The translations under genes and the position numbers were made by a program. A DNA stretch of 64,000 nucleotides from Felis catus (Eukaryota), in contig NC_058368.1 of assembly GCF_018350175.1 (NCBI RefSeq), positions 45,944,001 to 46,008,000 on the forward strand. Direction: 5' to 3'. The notes under the pieces were generated by a model. It worked only from the letters and a program-made list of their open reading frames with translations. It did no database searches and was not told the origin of the DNA. Below are positions 1-11,199 of this stretch, one piece after another. How positions within the stretch are numbered: position 1 is the stretch's first letter; every line of letters starts with the position of its first letter.

Positions 1-596
1 ATGGAAGACCTGGGAGAAACGGAAACTTTCCAGGCACTCTGGATGTTACCTAAGTAATCCACACTCCCCATCTCTCTCTGGCAGAGAGCCCAGCCCCAGC
101 CCGGAGCCTTGGAGAAAAAGTCACCTGAGGCATGAGTATTAGGGCCTTCCTGAAATCCGAGTTTGAAGAGGGAAAATTGAAAGGTAACCAAAGGACACAA
201 AGGGTCCAGGGGGAAAGGCAGCAGCCAGTAAAACTGCAAGAGGGGACAGAGAGCTGAGAGGCAACCACTGATGGGCAGACCACCTGGTGTGCCAAAGGTT
301 GAGGGCCAACAAGAGAATTGACAGAAACCTTCTAGGCACTCAGATCCCTGCTAAGGGAAGATTATACTATCTTCGAATAATTTAAGCATGCAGCGAAGTG
401 AATCCAACAAGCAACCACAAAGCCCCAAACCACTACTTACTACATTGCCTCAACTCACAAGCAAACAGCCTGATGCAAGCAGCCTACCCTTTTCTGAGCA
501 TAAATATTATGTACTTCCATTTCATATCTGGCATTTAAATAAAAATAACACATGGAAATGTACAAAATCTGGACCATCATCAAGAGAAGATACTGT
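1..596 (+). mobile_element. Probable old L1 5'UTR/pre-ORF1 fragment
   Basis: Ends in 'ctggcatttaaataaaaataacacatggaaatg...ggaccatcatcaagagaaga', resembling the region just upstream of ORF1 in old mammalian L1s; abuts an oppositely oriented L1. Confidence 0.4.
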
Positions 597-599
597 CAA

Positions 600-2490
600 A
601 AGCTTTTAATGCATTATTGGATGATCATGTTTTTTGTCCTTATTCTATTAAAATTGTGTATTGCACTAATTGATTTTCAAATGCTAAACCAATTTTGCAT
701 TCCTGAGATAAATCCCACTTGATCACAGTGTATAGTCCTTTTTATGTTTCTGTATTGGGTTTGCTAACATTCCGGAGGATTTTTTGTCTCTATTCATGAG
801 TGCTAATGGTCTGTAGATGTGTGTGATGGCTTTCTTTAGCCTTATATTTAGGTATTAATATTGACCTCATAATTAATTAGAAAGACCTCTCTCGTCTGAG
901 TGTTTGAATGATTAGTATTATTTCCTTTGAAATGTTTGATAGAGTTTCTAGGAAAGCCTGGGCTTTTGTGTTTCTAAAGATTTTTAATCACTAACTTAAT
1001 ATATTTACTTGTTATACATTTATTCAGATTTTTTATTCCTCTTGACTCAATTTTGGTAATTTGGCTCTTTCTGGTAATTTGCCCATTCCATCTAAGCTAT
1101 TTAATTTGTTGGTAAAAAGTTGTTTGTATTACTTTTTTATAATTATTTTCATTTCTGTAAGGTTAATAGTGATGACCCTTCTTTAATTCTTGTTTTTCAT
1201 AACTTGTGTCTTCAAGTTTAGGTATTTCTGGTGAATTTTTCATTGCAATTTTTTTTTTCATTTTTCAACACCAGAATTTCCATCGGCTACTTTTCTATAA
1301 TTTGTACCTCTTTACTGGTATCCACTCTTTAAGGAGTCATTCTCATACTTTCCTATAATTTTTTAAATATGGTTTCCTTTAGTTCCTTCAACATATTTGT
1401 AATGGTTTCTTTGAAGTCTTTGTGAAGTTCAACATCTGGACTTGCACAGACAGTTTATATTGATTTATTTTCGTGTGTGTGTCACATATTCCTATTTCTT
1501 TGTATGTCTCATAATACTTCATTGAAAACTGAACATTTTAGATAATATATTGTAGCAACTCTGGATTCTGGTGCCTGTGCCTATTGAATCTGCAGGTAGT
1601 TGTTTTTTTTTTTTTTTATTATATTTCTACCCACTTACTTGGACTAATTATTTAGAGTTTGCCTATTGTGCATTGCGAAGCCAGTGATCTCTCTTTTCAT
1701 TTTATCTATTCATTTGCTTATTTTTATTCAATTTAGATCCTACTGATCACAGGTTGATTATATAACTTAATAGTCAGCCAGTGATTGACCAGAGATAGTG
1801 TTTAAACACCTGGATTCAGTAAGGTTTCTACTCCGCAATGCATTTGTGTAAAGAATGAGCTATACATTCATAATTCAGGCAGTTTACAATTCTCCAAGTT
1901 TTTACTTTTTCCTGAATCTTGTCATGTCTTCTATGAACCTGCACATGGCCTTACATTCATGCAGGGACATGGAGATGACTGGGGCCTCTCCAGTGTCTCC
2001 AAACTTTATGTGCATCCTTATGCATATATATGCATACTTATATGCATATATATAATTGAGACCACCTAGGATATGTGGTAGCTTATCAGAAAAACTATGT
2101 CTTATTCCTCAGATCTTCTAGATAAACTCCTGACATATCTGCTCATCTGTTGCTTGCCATAACCAGTATCACAACTTCAGGTGGCTATAAGGTTGGTCGC
2201 CATCAAAATCAGTATTGTTTTCAGTAATGACTTTGGTCATAGAGCTTTGCATGTTCTGAACTGTCTCTGACGGGGCAGGATTGGAGTGTGTGTGAGTAGA
2301 GAGGTAGGATCTATATTAGGCTAAAACCCCATAGTCTCCCACTGTTCTTACATAAGATTCAGTAATTTTTCTTAGAAAAACAATTTCACATTTAATTTCA
2401 GAGAACCACAATGATTGTTTTTGAGAAATTTGTCCAGTTTATTATTGTTGGAAAGATTTTGCAAATCTCCTTATTCCACCATTCTATAAG
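600..2490 (-). mobile_element. Old mammalian L1 (L1M/L1ME-type) fragment: ORF2 piece, ORF1 piece and 5' region
   Basis: 600-1210 typical antisense ORF2 text ('ttgcattcctgagataaatcccacttgatcacagtg'); 1210-1570 antisense ORF1 text ('ttcaacatctgg...gaaaactgaacattttagataatatattgtagcaactctgga'). Confidence 0.75.
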
Positions 2491-2499
2491 TGCCATTAT

Positions 2500-3790
2500 T
2501 CATTGACATGGGATATCACGCAATATCACCTTACATAAAGGGACCTGTTTTACAGTGAGGTTAGTATGACAGTACACTCAAAAAACCATGGGATCCACTG
2601 GTGTCACTACCTACCACAGCATCCCAAAGATACTTGCCTAAAGGAGTAGTATGGAGAAACCATATCCTTGCAAAGAAGGGGTGCTAATCTTTAGTATGGG
2701 GTGTGCTCCTTTAAAAATAGTCATTATGTAGTACTATATCTCTAGTAAATAGAGTATGTTGGTCTGAAAAACAAGAAGTAAAAGCAGCTGTGGCCTTATG
2801 ATAGGGCTGATATAAAAACACACACACACACACACACAAATTTATTTCTCACAGTTGTAAAGGCTAGAAGTCCAAGATCATGGTGTTGGCAGGTTTAGTT
2901 TCTTCTGAGATCTTTCTCCTTGGCTTACAAATGACCACCTTCTTGCTGTGCCCTCACATAGTTTTTCTCTGGTCACATGTGTTCATCATAACTCTTTTTG
3001 TGTCCAAAATTCCTCTTCTTATAAAAATGGTAGCCATATTGCGTTAGGGCCCATCCTAACAGCCTCATTTTAACTTAATTGCTTCTTTAAAGGCTCTATG
3101 CCCAATAATGCCACATTCTGAGGTACTAGAGGTTAGAACTTCAACGTATGGATTTGAAGGGGTATAATTCAGCCCTTACAAGTCCCCACTTACAAATCCT
3201 TCCAGGTACCCACTTGAGGAACTCACTGATCTCATCCCTAAAACTCTAGGATCTATGAGTTCAGAAGTGCTCATTCTCAAAGGGTGGATCCTCCTAACAG
3301 GAGACACAGTGAGACTAAATCTAGGACTGCTATAGGGCCGCTTTGGACTCTTTACACAAATACACAGTTTGGCAGGGATCACTGACCCTAATTATTATCA
3401 AAAGGCAGGACTTCTGTTTTGTAATTAGGGAAGGAAGAAAAATATTTGATATTCAAATGATCCATTGAGACAACCAGCGGTACCCACATGCCCAGTTTTT
3501 ACTGTAAATGAGCAGGTACAACATCCACATCTGATAAGTGCATGGCGACCTGAGACCCAGACGCCAACATTCTCCAATGTTTGCGACTAGCTCATTGTAC
3601 CTTGTAAGCCTCCAGTCCAGCAGAAATGCTATACAAGAATGAAGGGAAATTCCGGGGGTAGTTACAGCTTTGGTGCTAACTGCAGCATCCGTGTTGGTGG
3701 GCTGCAGCTCTCCAAGTAACTGTCCTCTTGTAAATTACATCTGGAATTTTGGTCGGAGAATTCTTGAAAAGCTATGTCTGGATGATGCCC
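2500..3790 (+). mobile_element. ERVL-class internal (integrase-region) remnant, interrupted by an MLT1 LTR
   Basis: 'catgggatccactggtgtcactacctaccacagcatccc' (~2587) reads HGIHWCHYLPQHP, like the ERVL integrase HGIHWSYHVPHHP motif; leads into an LTR16-like LTR. Confidence 0.65.
2795..3180 (-). mobile_element. MaLR solo LTR (MLT1A/B/C-like) with a short (CA)n
   Basis: 'aaatttatttctcacagttgtaaaggctagaagtccaagatc...ctgaggtactagaggttagaacttcaacgtatggattt...aattcagcccttaca' matches the antisense MLT1 pattern. Confidence 0.85.
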
Positions 3791-4226
3791 CCACCCAGCC
3801 ACTCCAGATTCCCTTTCCAGGTTCTGTGGTCACAGTCCATTTCTGAACTGCTGTGAACGTCGGCTGCTACTAGGAGCAGATGCCACTCTTTCTACGGAAA
3901 TTGTCACTGGCTGACAATTAGAGCCACCTTACCCAGGAAGTATACACATCGGCCCAAACTCTGAGGGAAGCCCACAGCCCATGATATCCTGATATAGGGT
4001 TTTAAATGCCAATCATCTTGCCTTGAATGTGAACAAGGCAGCAGAGCAGTTTATGTAAGCCAGCTGAAGACTAGGCTTGACCTGAACTCACATTTTTTGC
4101 GTTGCATTTTTCCCTTTCCTATCGTCTTCTATTCCCTTAAGTTTTTCTTGAAAAGTCCTTCATTAATAACTTATGTGCACTCAGACCTCTGTGTCAGACT
4201 TTGCTTTTCAGAAACTTGATCTAAGA
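3790..4226 (+). mobile_element. ERVL LTR (LTR16-like), probable 3' LTR of the upstream internal remnant
   Basis: Ends 'aataacttatgtgcactcagacctctgtgtcagactttgcttttcagaaacttgatctaaga', matching the LTR16-family terminus pattern. Confidence 0.65.
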
Positions 4227-4561
4227 TATTTACATCTGGAATGGTGGCAATAGATAAGGGAAAATAAAGGACTTGTGTTTTTAATGATGGGAAAACAAGT
4301 AGTGTATGGACTTGGGTGAGAGAAACATACACAAATTGAACCTCAGGCAGATGAGACATTCTTCACCCTGATTTGAGGTAAGACATTTACCTATAATTTG
4401 AGGACAAAGAAAGTTGAAGGAGTTATCCTCTATCTTTATAATAAAGGATTGTGTTAATACCATAATGAAATACTCTTCTTAAAATAGCAAAGTTATTTAT
4501 CAATTGAATGCCATTATGCAATCTGAATAACCAGTGACTAGACATTAGCCATACTGTCACT

Positions 4562-4788
4562 TTTTTTTTTTTTTAATTTTTTTTTCAACGTTTATTTATT
4601 TTTGGGACAGAGAGAGACAGAGCATGAACGGGGGAGGGGCAGAGAGAGAGGGCGACACAGAATCGGAAACAGGCTCCAGGCTCTGAGCCATCAGCCCAGA
4701 GCCCGACGCGGGGCTTGAACTCACGGACCGCGAGATCGTGACCTGGCTGAAGTCGGACGCTTAACCGACTGCGCCACCCAGGCGCCCC
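4562..4788 (-). mobile_element. Young felid CAN-SINE (SINEC_Fc type)
   Basis: Antisense GGGGCGCCTGGGTGGCGCAGTCGGTTAAGCGTCCGACTT head, (CT)n, poly-A; perfect 15-bp TSD AGCCATACTGTCACT at 4547-4561 and 4789-4803; CpGs largely intact. Confidence 0.97.
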
Positions 4789-6186
4789 AGCCATACTGTC
4801 ACTCTTGATATACCTACGTAAGTGTTCAAATTTCCTGTGCCTGAATACCACAGGCTGGCACATCTCTCTCATTTGCCTTTCAAAATGTAATTTTAAGGAA
4901 TTTCTCCAAGATTTTTCAGTTTTTTATCTTTCCATGAAACTCTGTGTAACAACCTTACTGCAGACTGTCTTAATGAATACTTCCTATTTATAATATCAAA
5001 TTTAGTGTCGATCAGAAAGTCTCAAAACTACTGTTTGGCCGAAGATACAACTGATATTAAAGCAATTGCCTAATACCTCTTGCTAGTTCTGTGACTGCAT
5101 ACCTTAGCACATCATCCCTGTAGACATTCATGAAAATTGTCTAGCACGAGCATCAGAGCAGCTAAGGGTGAGTGATGGGCCTTTCTTAGGCGGTACAAAA
5201 AGAGCAGAGTGGTTGAATGCAGAGCAACAAAATGTGGAGTGGCGAAAGTCCATGAACAATCAGGAAATTAGTAGATGGGGCCAATGTTGACACTTGAGTT
5301 CTTAATTATCCTAATTAGAGGCCATCAGAACAGCAAAATAATGTTTATTGAGCCTGGCAAAGTGAAACATTTTCATTGTGCTTATTGCTTATTTTGGCAG
5401 CCATGTTACATTGTTGACTCACAGACTATGTAGTTAACAAAATCTCATAAGCCATTTTATATGAACTGTGGTTAAGCTGGGCCTTTCTCATCTTCCCCTT
5501 AGAAAATTGCTATTTTGAACCCAAATATAAGAATTTGCATTTTCCATCTACACTTTACCTTACTGGTTTCACTTTATTTTTATGGTGTCTGATCAAGTCC
5601 ATCTCTTATTTGATAACAGTATGAATAGTATTTCTTCATAAATAACAGCAGAGGATGAATTTCTTGTCTTTAAGGTTTTCACAATTTTGAAGGAGAAGGT
5701 AACATTTAGATTCTCATAAAATCATGTGCTACACAAGTTATAATGAAATATGAACAGAATTCTATGGGAGAAGGAAATATTTGAATTAAGCCTTATATGA
5801 TGAGAAATATATATATAGATATATAGACTCTTTTCTTAATAACCAATTCAGCTAAATTATTTGACACATCAACCTATACTGAATTATGGATTTTTTAGTT
5901 TCTTCTACAATCCATATTTTTATTAGGAAAAAAACAGTAAAAATAACTCACACATCATTTCAACATTAGAGTGATATATTAAGAAGTAAAAGTGACTCTT
6001 TCCTCCTATAAAATATTTAATTAAATAATCTTTAGAGAAAAGGCAAATGGGTAGTAGTGAATTGTTTTGGATGAAGGCTGTACTTTATAATGGAAAGACT
6101 CAAAATTCAGTGGCTAAAAAATGAAAACTTTTATTTCTCTCTCCTTCAATTTCAGAAATATACCTAAATATACATCCATGTGTGTA

Positions 6187-7043
6187 CATTAAAACCTTAG
6201 TTTACAAGCACAATTTGCCCTGGAAACATGCTTGTAATCCAAAGCACTTGTATATTAAAATGATTTTCCCCATAAGATAATGGAAACTTGGATGATTCAT
6301 TCCACCACCCAAAAATATTCATATAAAAATGATTACAACACTGTAATATAATACAAAATAATAAAGAAAATATAAAATATAAAGAAAAATAAACAAATTA
6401 ACCTGCACTTTCCTTTGAAAACTTTCAGGGCTGGTGTGAGGGAGACAAGAGAGGAGGGTTACTGTGTAGGGCGACTTTCACTATCACTAACAGAATCACT
6501 GCTATCTACTGGCTGAATGGAATCTTCTGCCATTGTATATGCTCACACGGATACTGACTACAGTACAGTATTAATAAACTCTTGTCATACACAGTATTTA
6601 ATGTAACTGGCAATAAGGCAGAGGAAAGGATCTATATCTGCAGCCCGACCTAGGATGAACCAAAGCATTCCTAAGCTTACTCTTGAATGGAAAAGCAAAG
6701 GAATGTCCATAGGTGCTTTGAAATGCCAAAAAACCCCACTAGTGCCAGTTGTGGGCACCTTCGAACTTTCTGAAAAATCAATGATTTCTGCCAAACACCG
6801 AGGGCTGAGACCAAGCATCCGAGCATGGGAGATGATCAACCATAATCCCATAGCAAGCAAGCGAGAGGGAGAGAGAGAGAGAGAGAGGAACCATTGTCTC
6901 AGATGTGATTATGTGACATTCGGCATCATGTACTACTCTATTGCAAGCCATCACTCATATATCAAGTTAAAATTTATTAATAATGTTTGTTCATTTTGTG
7001 AAACACTCACAGAACAAGTTATTTCCAATCCAAGCTTTTACTG
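6187..7043 (-). mobile_element. Non-autonomous Tc1/mariner-Tigger-like DNA transposon (~857 bp) with TIRs and TA target duplication
   Basis: Left TA|CATTAAAACCTTAGTTT (TA 6185-6186); right AATCCAAGCTTTTACTG|TA (TA 7044-7045; reverse complement CAGTAAAAGCTTGGATT); CAG-start TIR with TA TSD is Tigger/pogo-like. Confidence 0.8.
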
Positions 7044-7353
7044 TAATTTATTCCTCCACTTTGCCTGGCACTACATCTGCCCACTGAGCTAAGAAATAAG
7101 AATTCTTCATTTGGGGGAAGGTTTCTTCTTTCTTGCACTGATGTGAACAATCTGGATGTATAAAGCAACTCTGCTCCTCAGAGTTGATGAGAGACCTAGG
7201 TTTCTTTTAAACTCACCTGGGCACTGAGTTTTCTAGGTAGTAGAAACTGGGGAAGGAAAGAGGTATGGTGAACAAAGCACATCCAAATGTCTCAGGCCAC
7301 AGGCCAGTACATAATCACATCTGTTCCTAACTCACTGTCAATAACTTAAACAC

Positions 7354-7815
7354 GGGCACCTAGATGGCTCAGTCAGTTAAGCACCTGACTCTTTTTTGGT
7401 CTGGTTGTTTTAGTGTTTCTTTCTTTCCTTTCTTTCTTTCGAGAGACAGAGCATGAGTGGGAGAGAGAGGGGCAGAGAGAGAGGGAGACACAGAATCTGA
7501 AACAGGCTCCAGGCTCTGAACTGTCAGCATAGAGCCCTAGGCGGTGCTTGAACTCTGAAACAGGGAGATCATGGCCTGAGCTGAAGTCGGATGCTTAACC
7601 AACTGAGCCACCCAGGTTCCCCCGCATCCAACTCTTGATTTCAACTCAGGTCATGTTTTCCAAGTTCTTGAGTTCAAGCCCTAAATCAGGCTCTGTGCTG
7701 ACAGCACAATGCCTACTTTGGATTCTCTCACTCCCTCTCTCTCTCTGCCCCTCCTCCATTCACACTCTCTCTTTAACTCTCAAAATAAATAAACTTACAA
7801 AAACAAAAACAAAAA
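7354..7815 (+). mobile_element. CAN-SINE (host) interrupted by a second SINE
   Basis: Head gggcacctagatggctcagtcagttaagcacctgactctt (7354-7393) resumes as gatttcaactcaggtcatg after 7636; tail aaaataaataaac(aaaac)n. Confidence 0.9.
7394..7623 (-). mobile_element. CAN-SINE nested antisense inside another SINE
   Basis: Full antisense SINE; diverged TSD gcacctgactctt (7381-7393) / gcatccaactctt (7624-7636). Confidence 0.9.
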
Positions 7816-8339
7816 CTTAGTTATGTGGCCTCAGCTAACCTCAGTGATGGGGAAGTATGTTGTGGCTGAGCAGACATTGGGCCAGATACAAACCTAATAC
7901 TATAGTAGAAGCTAACAATCTCCATCACAAACAGGGGGTCCATGAGTTGCTTTTTGTTTCCCTCACAAACACCACTGTTTCTAGTATAAGTTCATAAGCG
8001 CTGTTACATGTTTTTTAAATTTTAGTTTTGAAAAAAATGGCAGCCTGGTTCTCATTCTTGGCTGGTAACCTGTTATGTCTGACAAGTTTCCAGACTTATC
8101 TTTATTGCTACAGTCTATACACTTATTTATTCTACCCAGTCATTTTCTGTGCACTTGTAACCTAAAAATTATTTTAGGAAGGCATTCTCTATTTTGACTA
8201 TTTTTTCTTCACCTACCTTGTTTTCTTTTCCATTGAACTTCTATTATTCAGTTATAAGATCCTCTGGATTTGTCTTTCACATTTTTTTTAAATTTTCACT
8301 GTTAATTTTCAATTGTTTGTATTTTTGTTTTAAATTATT

Positions 8340-9160
8340 AAGCACTTTGTTAAGTATGAGGTATACAGCAATGAATGATAAAGTCTCCACCCCCCCCAAA
8401 AAAATACTTTCTTACAGCTTATGTTATAGGATACTACAAACAACAAATCAGAAAGATATGTTTTATGTCAGATAATAATAAGTGCTCTGGAGAAATACAA
8501 AGTAGGGAAGAAGAAGAGGAAGTGGTAGAAGAGAAGCAGTTACTACTTTAGGGCAGTCAAGAAAGGTCTGATTGTGAAGATGACATTTGATCAAAGGCTG
8601 AAGTAGGTGGGGGAGCAAGGCTTTCAGATTTCTGGAGAAGCAGGCAAAGGAAACAACAAAGACCTTGAGCCAGGGGCATGACCAGCAGGTGTGAAGACTG
8701 GAATAAGCAAGGGGAGAAGGGTGAAGGGGTGGTGGGAAGATTACTACCAGGGGCCAGGGTGTGGGCTGCTTTGGAGGATTAGTAAGAAATGAGTTTATAT
8801 CAAGTGGTAAAAAGCCACTAAAGAACTTTGAAAAGAGCAGTGATTTGATCTGCCTGATATGATCTGCCTGATATGGATCACTCTGAGCCAATGTTGAGGA
8901 TACTCTGCTGGGCACATAAGGAAAACAAAGGGGGCATTTAAGCAGGTATGTTAATACCCAAGTAAAAGAAAAATGTTGTCTGGACTAGTGTATTAGCAGC
9001 AGGGATGGTGGGGTGATTAAGTTCAGTATGTAAATGGAAGGCAGGACCAAGTGGATTTGCTGAATAACTAAGTGCAAAATGTGGGAGAAAGAGAAGAGTT
9101 CAGGCATTAAGACTCAGCAACTGTTTGAGTAGCCATTAGCAGCTGGGGAAGATTACAGCC
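8340..9160 (-). mobile_element. L2 3' region
   Basis: 'tatgaggtatacagcaatgaatg...ataagtgctctggagaaa...gaagatgacatttgatcaaaggctgaag...aagccactaaagaactttg...ggatcactctg' typical antisense L2. Confidence 0.8.
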
Positions 9161-9304
9161 ATTTCCCACAAGATGGAGTCTATTTTATTCTGTTGTTGTT
9201 TTTTCCTCTTGATTTATTTACATTTCACAAGTCATTCTGTGGGCTTGTTATTATTATTTCCAGAAAACGTTATCTAATTGTCACATCGCACATTACAGTT
9301 TTAA

Positions 9305-9519
9305 GTACATTTTTAATGTTTATTTATTTATTTATTTTTGAGAGAGAAAGAGCACACAAGCAGGGGAGGGGCAAAGAGAGAGGGACACACAGAATCCGAA
9401 GCAGGCTCCAGTCTCTGAGGTGTCAGCGCAGACCCGGACACAGGCTTGAACCCACTAACTGTGAGACCATGACCTGAGTTGAAGTCAGACACTTAACTGA
9501 CTGAGCCACCAAGCACCCC
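9305..9519 (-). mobile_element. CAN-SINE
   Basis: Antisense SINE body ending ...cacttaactgactgagccaccaagcacccc, with (TTTA)n tail. Confidence 0.92.
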
Positions 9520-10131
9520 GCAATAGTTTTTTGAATCATCACAGAAATTTGTATCAAAAAATGATAAATTCTGTCTGGTTTCTTCAATTATATTAATGTC
9601 ATGTGAGTAAACTATTCTGATTTTGTGGCTTGGTTTTTCTCCTTTGAACCACTGAGACCCCTTAAATAGCCAGTCAACTTTACTTACCTATCTTTGTCTA
9701 TATTTTTTAGTATTCTTAGAAATATGTAGTTACGATAGAATGTATGAGTGACGATTTCGGCCTCATATTTTCATTATGGATGAAATTTTATTTATATATT
9801 AGTTAAAATAATGCTATTTATAGTAATGATATTACAGTGTATGTAGGTAAAAAAGCTAATATAAAATCATCTTTGTTAGTAGCTGGACCATTTTAATTAC
9901 AACCATCGGCACTGCCAGTAAGTGTGAATTCCCTCAAAATACATGCAGATCAGCCTTTCCATCATGTAGCCAATAGCTGAGTCAATAAGCAGTGAGGTGT
10001 AGGGAGAAAAATTTTTTTTTTTCTCCAACCTGTCAAATGGGCTGGGATCCTGGTACTTCTCCATTTTGGAGTAGTTGTAGGTTAGAATTCGGGATCAATC
10101 TTTTCACATGTGGTCTTTAGGTCATTTTAGA

Positions 10132-10612
10132 TTTTTTTTTAACCAATCCATTTTTTTAATTTTTAAATTCTTGACATTACAGAACTAAACTGAAACTTAT
10201 TAACATTCCACTCTTACATTTCTTATCGACAAACAGAAATAAAATTCATGAGCCAAAAACCCAAAACAAAACTAAAAACAGGGAGTAGCTTATAAAACTA
10301 AATATGGATCCCAGCATTAACAGCTGAACAGAGAATGTGATTTTTAAATTCTTAGTGGATGATAAGTTGTGTAGAAACTGAACACTTACAAATTATTTAA
10401 AACCTGGAATCACTGACCAGAAATTACACAGTTGGATCGTGGGAAAACAGCAGAAAGGGGTTATAAGTGAAACTACACTGTTCTAGCTGTACCCCATGCC
10501 CTTCTCAGAGGAAAGCCTGGCATTGATTAGATATTGGGCCAGACTAATACTGGCAGCAGAACCAGTGATAGTAACCTGCCTACCAGAAGAGCCTTCCACT
10601 GGATTGGCAATT
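10132..10612 (-). pseudogene. PCBP1: 5'-truncated processed pseudogene of PCBP1 (hnRNP E1): last 42 codons, stop and 3'UTR
   Basis: Minus-strand 10611-10483 translates IANPVEGSSGRQVTITGSAASISLAQYLINARLSSEKGMGYS*, the PCBP1 C-terminus (parent ends ...SSEKGMGCS; PCBP2 differs here); followed by recognisable PCBP1 3'UTR and an A-run at 10132-10140. Confidence 0.93.
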
Positions 10613-10877
10613 CCACCGGATCAGAAATTCTGTAGATGAAGCCCAATAATCTGTATGTTAACAAACAGCCTAAGTCATTTTGTGCATGCCAAAGTTTGAG
10701 GAAAAACCTCTCTAGCTCTCTGCTGCTCAAAGTGTAGTCAGTAGAACCAGCAACATCACTTAAGAGCTTGTTAGATACACAAAATCATGGCCCAAACCAG
10801 ACATTGAATCACAATGTAAATTTCAATAATATCCTTTGGTGATTTGTATGTTCAGTAATATTGAAATGCACTGCCTA
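10613..10877. mobile_element. Two adjacent MER5-type (hAT-Charlie) fragments
   Basis: 'atcagaaattctgtagatgaagcccaataatctgtatgttaacaaa...aaagtttgag' and 'ctcaaagtgtagtc...gagcttgttagatacacaaaatc...ggtgatttgtatg...ttgaaatgcactg'. Confidence 0.75.
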
Positions 10878-11199
10878 GGTTTTCAAGCTTCTCTAGGTGT
10901 GAGCCAGTAGTATGTATCAGCAACAGAAAAGGGTAATATTTCAATTAACAATGCAGCCTATGTCAGCAGAAGCAGATCTGCACTATTAAGTCGCACACGA
11001 ATTTCCTCTCCATGCTTTCATATCTGAGGCATTAACTGAGGGCTACGGAAGTCACTCCTGCCTTGTTCTCTTAGAAGGCAGAAGTTTCTATGTCCAATAA
11101 CTGAGTCGCTCTGACAAGAAGCTATGTTAGCCATAGATAGAGACAAAGGCCAATATTTTGTTCTTTTAGTTATGATTGCTCGAATTTTCAAGAAATGCT

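Larger units (their letters stand above)
6075..7930 (-). mobile_element. Old MaLR LTR (MLT1J/K/L-like) split by a DNA transposon and SINEs
   Basis: Fragments 'aaattcagtggct...ttttatttctctctc' (6100-6145), 'ctgctcctcagagttgatgagagacctaggtttc' (7170-7205), 'aacttagttatgtggcctcagctaacc' (7814-7840). Confidence 0.5.

Noticed and set aside
5124..5173. Possible short exon ending at a consensus donor (AAGG|GTGAGT, ~5168)
   Set aside because: Weak acceptor, no recognisable peptide, no partner exons; such donors occur by chance.
6655..7092. 145-aa ORF
   Set aside because: Lies almost entirely within the Tigger-like element, crosses a (GA)n tract, and has no transposase or other domain motif.
8846..8873. 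Micro-duplications (tgatctgcctgata x2; also ~13314-13347 and ~38939-38960)
   Set aside because: Ordinary slippage events.
8463..8915. 150-aa minus-strand ORF
   Set aside because: Within decayed L2 sequence; low-complexity composition, no domain.
9970..9984. Adjacent CCAAT and TGAGTCA (AP-1) motifs
   Set aside because: Short motifs with no CpG island or other promoter context.
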